27,681 bases of DNA from the NCBI GenBank assembly GCA_043753995.1, contig JAYUVP010000099.1, forward strand, positions 1-27,681, read 5' to 3'. The translations under genes were made by a program, and so were the position numbers. The notes under the pieces are model-generated. The model was not told the origin of the DNA. It was given only the letters and a program-made list of their open reading frames with translations, and searched no databases. Source of the DNA: Fibrobacterota bacterium. Its GTDB lineage: Bacteria; Fibrobacterota; Fibrobacteria; UBA11236. Shown here piece by piece: positions 17,016 through 24,489 of this stretch; the stretch's first letter is position 1; every line of letters begins with the position of its first letter.

Positions 17016-18473
17016 ATGTCCAAGGTTTACCGGCGATTGCCGATGGCGAGATTCCTGCGCTTCGCGTCGTGCTTTTCACTCATGGGTTGGGCCACCCAAG
17101 CCGGGCCAGTCGAGGATTTAGGGACTTGGCTTAAACTCGATCGGGCATCACGTCCGGACATTCAGACCCAATCCTTCGCTGGAGCGGCATTGACCGCCTC
17201 CGAATGCGAGGCCGCCCGCGCGCTGATTTTGGCCGAGCGCAAGGCCTATGTCCAAAGCGCCTGGAGCACGCAATGGACGGGCAAGCGCTTGGTCTTCGGT
17301 ACTTTGCAAATGCCTTTCGACTATCGCGTGCGCGGAGTCAAGCCGGCGGGGGGATATGACCTTTACATCTCCATGCATGGCGGGGGCGAGGCGGCGGCTT
17401 CGGTCAATGATCAGCAATGGCAAAATCAAATCTCCTTGTATCAGCCGCCGGGAGTATATCTCGCGCCGCGCGCTCCCACCGATTCCTGGAATATGTGGCA
17501 TCGCGATCACATCGACGCCTTCTTCGATCGCCTTATTCATTTGGCGGTGGCCATGCAAGACGTGAATCCGAACCGGGTCTATGTCATGGGCTATTCTGCC
17601 GGAGGCGATGGAGCCTATCAATTAGTGCCTCGCATGGCCGATCGATGGGCAGCTGGCGCCATGATGGCGGGCTACCCGAACAATGCTTCTCCCGTCAACT
17701 TGCGTAACATAGGCATGACCTTGCATGTCGGTGGCCTGGACGCATCCTATGACCGGAATACCCTTGTGGTGAATTTCGGAAAGCAAATCCAAAAGCTGCA
17801 AGACGCCGACCCTGGTTTTTACAAGTATCAGGTGAAGGTATATCCCGACAAGCCGCATTGGATGGATTTGCTCGATGCCGAGGCCTTGCCCTGGATGGCT
17901 GCTTTTACCCGGCAGCCTCATCCTAAGAAAGTGGTCTGGCAGCAGGATACCGCGGTGGGATCGCCGATTTCCTTAACGGATCCCAAGGTCAAGGAACCGC
18001 CCACGCAATGGCGCTTCTATTGGCTGGGCCGTCCTGACCGCAAAATTGCACCGCGACAGGCCATGTTAACCGCTGAGATACGCGGTCAAGAAGTGCGTAT
18101 TGAAAAGAGCAATCTCGATTCCGTGGAGATTGGGTTGAACGATTCCCTGCTCGACCTATCTCTTCCGGTATCCGTTTTCTGGAAAGGCAATAAAGTCTTT
18201 GAAGGCTTACTTGCGCGAACCGCGGGAGCCTTGTTTCAGAGCTGCGATTTGCGTGGCGATCGCGATATGATTTATCCCGTGCGGGTGGTCGTGAGCGCCC
18301 AGGGGTTGGTATCGGTGGGGATTGTAAGTCGCATCCCCCGCTTGGGCAATACACCGAAATCGAGGGCATTTTTTTCGCCCTCATCGAATGGCACCGTACC
18401 CTTATTTGAGGAGTCAGAACCTGACTCCTGGCTTGATCTTCGCGGGAGAAAACAAATCCGGAATTTTCCCTAA
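17016..18473 (+). CDS. Secreted alpha/beta hydrolase (esterase/peptidase-like) with a Fibrobacterota-type C-terminal tail
   Basis: AAGGAG RBS and signal-like N-terminus. LYISMHGGG, GYSAGG nucleophile elbow, GGLD and KPHWM. C-terminal WLDLRGRK. Confidence 0.75.
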   Translation: MSKVYRRLPMARFLRFASCFSLMGWATQAGPVEDLGTWLKLDRASRPDIQTQSFAGAALTASECEAARALILAERKAYVQSAWSTQWTGKRLVFGTLQMPFDYRVRGVKPAGGYDLYISMHGGGEAAASVNDQQWQNQISLYQPPGVYLAPRAPTDSWNMWHRDHIDAFFDRLIHLAVAMQDVNPNRVYVMGYSAGGDGAYQLVPRMADRWAAGAMMAGYPNNASPVNLRNIGMTLHVGGLDASYDRNTLVVNFGKQIQKLQDADPGFYKYQVKVYPDKPHWMDLLDAEALPWMAAFTRQPHPKKVVWQQDTAVGSPISLTDPKVKEPPTQWRFYWLGRPDRKIAPRQAMLTAEIRGQEVRIEKSNLDSVEIGLNDSLLDLSLPVSVFWKGNKVFEGLLARTAGALFQSCDLRGDRDMIYPVRVVVSAQGLVSVGIVSRIPRLGNTPKSRAFFSPSSNGTVPLFEESEPDSWLDLRGRKQIRNFP

Positions 18474-18490
18474 ATCGGTTTTCGCGACTC

Positions 18491-18523
18491 AAAAAGGTGT
18501 GCATCCTGAATGCAATGCACACC
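18491..18523 (-). terminator. Terminator between convergent genes
   Basis: GGTGTGCAT...ATGCACACC inverted repeat with a 5-T tail on the minus strand. Confidence 0.65.
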
Positions 18524-18533
18524 GTGATAAATA

Positions 18534-20846
18534 TTACAATCCGGCAGCCACGGAAACCGTGCCTTTGATCAAATCGCCCTTCATGCCGCGAAAGAGGTAG
18601 AGGTAAACGGGAGCCTTGAGGCCATCGGCTTTGGGCTGAGACCATTTGCCTTGGGCTGCATCATAGCTCGTCTGGAAGGCCAATTGACCATTGGGTTCAA
18701 ACAGGGAAAGCACACCGGAACCCAATTGCTGATTATTGTGAAGGGTGAAACCTTGACCTTGCACCAAGAATTTCAGGTCGCTGCGGGGTTGAGCCAGATT
18801 TGGCCGAATTAATTTCGTAGGAGGAAGAATATTCGGGCTGCAGGGTTTGGTTGCAGCCGAGGTAAGGGTCGATGCGGTAAAGGCTGTGGTGGCATAAGCG
18901 TCAACGTTCGCATAGTTCGACCAAATTGCAGTAGCATTGGCAGGCTTACTGGTGATTTCCGACCAAGCCACCAAGCCTTGCAAACGAACATGGCCATGAG
19001 GGTCATTGACCGAGCAGGCATCGCTAATGGCCTGAGCGCTGGCTGCCGTACGGGGCATGGCTTTGAGCGCGTTTTCACGTACGCACCAGGCGGGGTGAAT
19101 GAGCAAGCCCTTCAAGAGGGGATCCCACTTGGTTGGGTTACCCGACGCTTCGAACTGCCCCAATCCCTGTAAGGTCCAAATCGCATGGGTTACGGCGGGG
19201 TCATTGCCCACAGCATCGACGTAGCGACTGTTGGTCAAAATGTTTTCGAGCAGGGTCCCCAATTCGGCGGAAAAACCCTTGGCGATCAGCATCCTTTGGG
19301 CGGTCAAACGCCATAGGAAATTGGGATTGCTCAAAGTGGCGACAAGTTGCGCCACCGTGGCCGTGGTCAAATTAAGAATGGGTTCGCGCGTGTCATTCTC
19401 AGGCGTAACCCGGTAAATACGATAGCTGTTTTTCACGCGTAGCTTATTTTTCCAAGCACCGCTAATCTTGTCATCAGGGCCAGCAGGATTGTGTAAAAAG
19501 AGGTAGTTGTTCCAATCCAATACCCAAACCGCGCCATCGGGACCGGTTTTGGCCAATATTGGGGCAACCCAAGCATCCGTTGAGGCAATGAGATTTGAAT
19601 GTTCAGGACCGGGCATACGCACTGCTTTCCAGGTGCTGCCGATTAGGGTGTCCTTGGTGGTGACGACTAGACTGTCTTGATTGCAAAGTTTACTCGCGCC
19701 TTCGCAAGAGAAAGCAAATCGATTCCAGTATTTTGGCGGGAAGAGCCGCGAAGTATAAAATTGTAGCCCGGAAACAGCTGTCGTTTTCGACATCCAAATA
19801 TTATTTGTTTTTTTCGACGTGCCTTCCCATAAATAGCGATCACCCGTGATGGGGTAGAATTTATCCTTATTGTTTGTGCTTGTAGGATCAATTCGAATAT
19901 CAATGGAAGGTTGGCCACGACGAAGTGAATGATTGATATGAGGCGAGGTGGTGGCACCCGATTGGAAGATTTGCCCATCTTCCATTTGGCCAATACCCCA
20001 GGCATTGTAAGGTCCTGAACTTGTGAATTGTTGAAAGGTTTTGGTGCCATTTCCAATGGAGGGGTGTTTAAAGCGCCAAACCTTGCCTTGGCTACAATTA
20101 ATCCCCTCCACGGTGCAACTATTATAGCCTGTATGCCCATAAACCCAATTGTCGAGGCCATACATAAGGCTACTGATACTGCCATGGGTATCATGATTGC
20201 CATTGCCGCCTCCCATACCTGAAAACAAAATTTGGGGCTCGCCAGCGACATCATTGTTGTTTGGGAAAAAAACCACATAGGGTACCATGGTCACCACCAC
20301 GCCACCCGTCACCACCTCAATGCTCTGCGGTAAATTGAGACCGTCCTTGAAAACGGTCACCTTGTCCATGATGCGATCGCCGTCGGTGTCTTCCAAAATC
20401 AAAATACGGTCCTGACCTCCAACGAATTTTTGATCCGTTATGCTATTCGATGCGGCACGAATAATACTTGGATAGCTGCGCGGTTCAACCAACCACATGC
20501 GGCCGCGCTCATCAAATGAAAAATGCATGGGATAGGCAATGCCGCCGGTGCTTTTCTCCGTAGCCCAAACTTCGGCCTTTAGGCCAAGAGGAGTTTGAAT
20601 GCAATGGATGGATTGTTCCGGCGTGATTTGTTTTTGAATAGTTCCGGTGGGATAAGTTGAAGGAGGTTGGGGGACATCACCATCATTTCGTCCACCGAAT
20701 TGACTCCAATTATCGGCAGGATCTGCCTGCTCCCGCAACGCGGTCAAATCAGGACATGTGCCTCCTCGATTGACCAGCGGCGTCGCTGAATATCCATAGG
20801 TCCAGCTTAAGCCTAGGACGAGGGCGATTTCGGACTGGAATTTCAT
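18534..20846 (-). CDS. Secreted PVC-type 'membrane-bound dehydrogenase'-like beta-propeller + HEAT-repeat protein with a T9SS-like C-terminal domain
   Basis: FDERGRMWLVE, DRILILEDTDGD, YGLDNWVYG, TGPDGAVWVLDW and LSNPNFLWRLTAQRML are typical of the TIGR02604-like N-terminal region. HEAT-like repeats follow. No CxxCH is seen. Confidence 0.7.
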   Translation of the reverse strand: MKFQSEIALVLGLSWTYGYSATPLVNRGGTCPDLTALREQADPADNWSQFGGRNDGDVPQPPSTYPTGTIQKQITPEQSIHCIQTPLGLKAEVWATEKSTGGIAYPMHFSFDERGRMWLVEPRSYPSIIRAASNSITDQKFVGGQDRILILEDTDGDRIMDKVTVFKDGLNLPQSIEVVTGGVVVTMVPYVVFFPNNNDVAGEPQILFSGMGGGNGNHDTHGSISSLMYGLDNWVYGHTGYNSCTVEGINCSQGKVWRFKHPSIGNGTKTFQQFTSSGPYNAWGIGQMEDGQIFQSGATTSPHINHSLRRGQPSIDIRIDPTSTNNKDKFYPITGDRYLWEGTSKKTNNIWMSKTTAVSGLQFYTSRLFPPKYWNRFAFSCEGASKLCNQDSLVVTTKDTLIGSTWKAVRMPGPEHSNLIASTDAWVAPILAKTGPDGAVWVLDWNNYLFLHNPAGPDDKISGAWKNKLRVKNSYRIYRVTPENDTREPILNLTTATVAQLVATLSNPNFLWRLTAQRMLIAKGFSAELGTLLENILTNSRYVDAVGNDPAVTHAIWTLQGLGQFEASGNPTKWDPLLKGLLIHPAWCVRENALKAMPRTAASAQAISDACSVNDPHGHVRLQGLVAWSEITSKPANATAIWSNYANVDAYATTAFTASTLTSAATKPCSPNILPPTKLIRPNLAQPRSDLKFLVQGQGFTLHNNQQLGSGVLSLFEPNGQLAFQTSYDAAQGKWSQPKADGLKAPVYLYLFRGMKGDLIKGTVSVAAGL

Positions 20847-20894
20847 GCTTTTCCCCTATTCCATTCGGTTTACTGCACATAGGGTAACTGAGAA

Positions 20895-21048
20895 GGTGGG
20901 GACAAAACTGGACCATAATGCGATTTAGGTTGGATTTTGTGTCCTCACCTGTCCAACTAAAAAACAGTCTTTAAACTGGAATAAAGGGAAATATTCCCGG
21001 TAAGGCTTAAAAACGGGACTAAAAATAATGGAATCTTTGTCCTCACTT
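20895..21048. promoter_or_regulatory. Repeated operator-like motif ARGTGRGGACAMA (3 copies) in a divergent promoter region
   Basis: AGGTGGGGACAAA (+, 20895-20907), TGTGTCCTCACCT (20938-20950, inverted) and TTTGTCCTCACTT (21036-21048, inverted). Confidence 0.6.
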
Positions 21049-21098
21049 GGTTCGAATTGCCTATGCGAGAAGTGACCTCTCCGTTTATACTTCTAGCT

Positions 21099-22076
21099 AT
21101 GCAAACCGAATTGCCTGGCGACTCGGATGCCCAAGTCAAGAAGGGCAAGGCGCCGCGCATTCTGCAATACTTGGACTATCGCGATTTTCTTCGCGATTAC
21201 TGCGAGTATCGCAAGTCTATGGACCCGCGTTTTTCGCAACGGGCCTTCGCCAGGGAAGCCGGATTGCCGCCGAGTTGTTCCAGTCTGCTTCCCAGTGTGA
21301 TAAAGGGGCGGCGTAACTTGAGCGCCAATCTCCGCATCAAATTCGCAAAGGCCGTGGGTCTTTCCGAGCGTGATTTCCGCTATCTGGATTTGCTGGTGCA
21401 ATTCAATCAGGCCAAGGGCATGATTGAGAAAAATCATTATTTCGCCCAGCTGGCGAAATTCCGCAGTTCACGCGCGCGAATTGTGGGTGAAGGGCAATAC
21501 CGATATTACAGCAAATGGTATTACTCGGCGGTATGGACTTATTTTAGCATTGATCAAAATCAAAGGCATCCCGCCATCATCGCCTCGCGCATTTTCCCTA
21601 GCCTTAGTGTACCCCAGGTGGAAGAAAGCATTCGACTTTTGCTGACCCTCGGGCTCATCCGAAAAACCGCTTCAGGTTATTCGACCACGGATAAGCATTT
21701 GTATACAGAAAAAGACTTGCGGGCTTTAGCTACCAGGCAGCATTTGCATGAAATGAATGACACAGCCATGCAAGTCTTGGAGTCGGTGCCGACCGATCGC
21801 CGCCAATACAATGCCCTTATGTTTTCCGTATCCGACGCGGGATTTCAGGCGGTAAAGGATCGAATACGGTCATTCCAGGAGGAGTTGCGTGAGATTGTGG
21901 ATGGCGATAGCCGCGAAGACCGTATTTACTCCTTAACCATGCAACTTTTCCCGAATAGCCAATGGGAAGGAGAGCCGGGCCAAGGCATTATATTAGCGAA
22001 GTCCCCAGGTGAAAGTGGTGCAAGCGTCAAGCCGAAATCCCCAAGCAAGAGAATCCTTCCCGGTGGGAACAAGTGA
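21099..22076 (+). CDS. TIGR02147-family protein (HTH + DUF4423-like), putative DNA-binding regulator
   Basis: ILQYLDYRDFLRDY, FSQRAFAREAGL...KGRRNLS, YYSKWYYSAV, and YSLTMQLFP. The start is uncertain (21057, 21063 or 21099); TATACT lies 7 nt before ATG 21099. Confidence 0.88.
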   Translation: MQTELPGDSDAQVKKGKAPRILQYLDYRDFLRDYCEYRKSMDPRFSQRAFAREAGLPPSCSSLLPSVIKGRRNLSANLRIKFAKAVGLSERDFRYLDLLVQFNQAKGMIEKNHYFAQLAKFRSSRARIVGEGQYRYYSKWYYSAVWTYFSIDQNQRHPAIIASRIFPSLSVPQVEESIRLLLTLGLIRKTASGYSTTDKHLYTEKDLRALATRQHLHEMNDTAMQVLESVPTDRRQYNALMFSVSDAGFQAVKDRIRSFQEELREIVDGDSREDRIYSLTMQLFPNSQWEGEPGQGIILAKSPGESGASVKPKSPSKRILPGGNK

Positions 22077-23491
22077 GCCTTTCTTTCTTCTCGCTTCGGT
22101 TCTTTCCAATGCCTTTTGCTTGCCAACCCATTCGATTAAGTCTCGACATTCTGGCTTTATCGGTGAGCCTTCTGCTTGGCTGCTCTGGAAATACCACGGG
22201 CGTAGATAATCCTGGTTTAAGCGAATTGCCCGTGAGTTTTCATGATTCGAACGACGAATTGGCCTTGGTTCAGGGAGATTTGGAGATATACGGCCAAGAG
22301 CAAAACCCGGCTATTCATCCCGAGCCACTTATCAGGATTCCGGTTCAGAATGCCATTGAGACCAAAATTACAGCCAATGACTTTCAGCACATCGAAACCG
22401 AAATAGTTCGCTCCAAGCTTGGCTCTAGTAATATAAGCGACCTTTTCCAGTCGGCGTATTTCAACCCAGCCTATTATTCAAGCGACAGTCTCTTGCGATT
22501 CAATGTTTTATTTCGTGATTCCTCCAATTCCGGCGATTTGGTTTTCGGATTGATTTATGATGCGATTCACAAAACATTTCGTTTTGAAAATGGCCCTCGC
22601 CAGACGCAATTGAAAATTCAACTTAAATCGATGGTAGCCTATACCGCTCCCTTAACCCGAGACGAAAGCCTGGGGGAATTGGGTCGGGTATATATTCCGG
22701 GATCGCCATTTCAAGCCACGGTTGTGGATAGTCAATTCACCTTTCCTAGCTTGCCGATAGGTCAATTCCCTTTGCGTTTTCTGAATGGGAGAGGCCAGAT
22801 TTTCGCCGTTCGCGAACCTATGAATACCCAACAGGCCCGACTATTCACCATGGCCCCGAAACTTGTCGCGCAAATCGATAGTTCGTTTTTGGCCATTGCT
22901 TATTCGGTTCAGGCAGGAGAAGATCGAAGTCTTTCTGTTTTCGATACCGCCTCTTTTTGGGGGTTTTTGTCGGGAGTGCAATCCAGTGATGCACGTCTTT
23001 CGGTGCGTTGGCGATGTCTTACCAAGGCAGCGGGAAAATCCATTTGGATTGAAAATCCAACGGGTTTGAATTCTCGCTTCCATTTTCAAAATACGGGAAC
23101 GTATAGGATGGAATTGGCGGTCACCCTTGCCGCCCAAACACGCCAGGATACCTTAGCGATTGAGGTGAATGTGGCTTCCAATGACAATGCGCAAAAATTC
23201 ATTTTCCCTCAGCCCGGTGGAATCATGACCATGGGGCAGGAAGGCACGGTTCAATGGGAGTCCTCGGTTGAGGGGCTGGTTCGCCTGGAATATTCTCTGG
23301 CGGAGAATAATTTCAGTACCTGGAAAACCCTCCAGGACAGCGTTTCCATCCTCAAAGGTTGGCCATCCTATGCCTGGACGCCGCCGGTTTTAGGCACGGA
23401 TTCCCTGAATGTCATGCTTCGAGTGATGACCATTCCCATGGATTCAATACTCGTGCAAACTGCGGAGCCCTTTATTTTGGCGCCTCCCTGA
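22073..23491 (+). CDS. Lipoprotein with a PKD/Ig-like domain
   Basis: Lipobox LLGC followed by SGNTTGVDNP. VYIPGS...LPIG segment. VQAGEDRSL...GTYRMELAV (PKD-like). GTG start overlaps the upstream stop (GTGA); alternative ATG at 22109. Confidence 0.75.
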   Translation: MSLSFFSLRFFPMPFACQPIRLSLDILALSVSLLLGCSGNTTGVDNPGLSELPVSFHDSNDELALVQGDLEIYGQEQNPAIHPEPLIRIPVQNAIETKITANDFQHIETEIVRSKLGSSNISDLFQSAYFNPAYYSSDSLLRFNVLFRDSSNSGDLVFGLIYDAIHKTFRFENGPRQTQLKIQLKSMVAYTAPLTRDESLGELGRVYIPGSPFQATVVDSQFTFPSLPIGQFPLRFLNGRGQIFAVREPMNTQQARLFTMAPKLVAQIDSSFLAIAYSVQAGEDRSLSVFDTASFWGFLSGVQSSDARLSVRWRCLTKAAGKSIWIENPTGLNSRFHFQNTGTYRMELAVTLAAQTRQDTLAIEVNVASNDNAQKFIFPQPGGIMTMGQEGTVQWESSVEGLVRLEYSLAENNFSTWKTLQDSVSILKGWPSYAWTPPVLGTDSLNVMLRVMTIPMDSILVQTAEPFILAPP

Positions 23492-24015
23492 TGCGTCTGG
23501 AGCCCCTTACCGGAGATAAGCTCCCTGCTGTGCGCGAACTCATTGCCACGGGTGTGCTGGAATTATATGGTGACTTGGATTTCCTACCCAAGACCTTGCC
23601 GGCACTGCTTGAGTATTATCGAAAGACTGGCTATTTAAGTGACCTGGATGACTTTGAATCCACCTATGCCTCTTCTCAAGGGGTATTCTATGTGTTACTA
23701 GTGGGTGAAACCGTGATCGGTTGCGGTGGACTAAGACGTCTTTCGGAATTCGACGCTGAATTGACAAGGCTTTGGTTGTCCCAAGAACGAAGAGGGCAAG
23801 GGTGCGGGCGGCGCCTCCTTGACGCCTTGCTGCATCACGCCGAAGCCCTCGGTTATGCGCGAATTTTCCTGGACACCTCGACACGTTGCGGCGATGCCCT
23901 GCGGCTTTTCCGCCGCAACGGCTTTCGCGATTGCGACCCCTATAAGCAAAGCATCGGCGATGTTTTTCTCTGTCGAGAAATGAAAGGCGCAGCTAACAAC
24001 ACCTCGGCCGCTTAA
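23491..24015 (+). CDS. GNAT-family N-acetyltransferase
   Basis: IGCGGLR, AELTRLWL, RRGQGCGRRLL (acetyl-CoA motif A) and ALRLFRRNGF. The ATG overlaps the lipoprotein stop (TGATG). Confidence 0.9.
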   Translation: MRLEPLTGDKLPAVRELIATGVLELYGDLDFLPKTLPALLEYYRKTGYLSDLDDFESTYASSQGVFYVLLVGETVIGCGGLRRLSEFDAELTRLWLSQERRGQGCGRRLLDALLHHAEALGYARIFLDTSTRCGDALRLFRRNGFRDCDPYKQSIGDVFLCREMKGAANNTSAA

Positions 24016-24051
24016 AGCAAGGCTCATTAGCTGGCCATTCCCAAGGATTCA

Positions 24052-24094
24052 GCTTTAGTACAAGTCGAGATGATGTTTAACTAGGTACTAAAGC
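24052..24094. terminator. Hairpin downstream of the orphan ORF (terminator or recombination-related)
   Basis: Perfect 10-bp inverted repeat GCTTTAGTAC / GTACTAAAGC, with further internal pairing. Confidence 0.45.
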
Positions 24095-24115
24095 AAAGGT
24101 TGTCGAGACCAATTC

Positions 24116-24358
24116 TCATATTGACTTGAGCGCAGCCTGCACGTCATTGATTAAGGATACCAGTTCGGCCTGACTCATCACTGAAACATTAGCCGTGCTC
24201 TGCGATCCAGGTGTGATAACTAAGGACAGCTTGTTCAAATGATCGATAAATGACGTCACAATAATAGATACCGATTGATTGAGTAGAATATCTCGTTGAT
24301 CCTGGGCGGACATGCCTGCGGTGGGGATTTGTGGAAGCGCAAATGTAACGGATTCCAT
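24116..24358 (-). CDS. Small orphan protein (about 80 aa)
   Basis: GGAG RBS upstream of ATG 24358. It fills the insert between the direct repeats. No recognisable family. Confidence 0.55.
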   Translation of the reverse strand: MESVTFALPQIPTAGMSAQDQRDILLNQSVSIIVTSFIDHLNKLSLVITPGSQSTANVSVMSQAELVSLINDVQAALKSI

Positions 24359-24489
24359 TTCGGTAACTCCAATAATCGGGAAGCGGAATTGCAAAGCCGA
24401 CTTGGAGTATTTGACAGTATGGCCATGATTTGGGTAACCGCAGAATTTTCGGGAAAAAAGTCGGCTACACCCACGCTATACTAAACTGG

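Noticed and set aside
23359..23490. N-terminal extension of the GNAT ORF in the track
   Set aside because: It overlaps the lipoprotein CDS. The coupled ATG at 23491 gives a normal-length GNAT.
23990..24033. CAGCTAAC...ATTAGCTG inverted repeat resembling an integron attC site
   Set aside because: Only about 44 bp, lacks the GTTRRRY core (it reads ATTAGCT), no integrase or cassette array nearby, and better explained by the cstA-end duplication.
24411..24440. Perfect TTGACA on the + strand inside the insert
   Set aside because: No credible -10 at 16-18 bp spacing.
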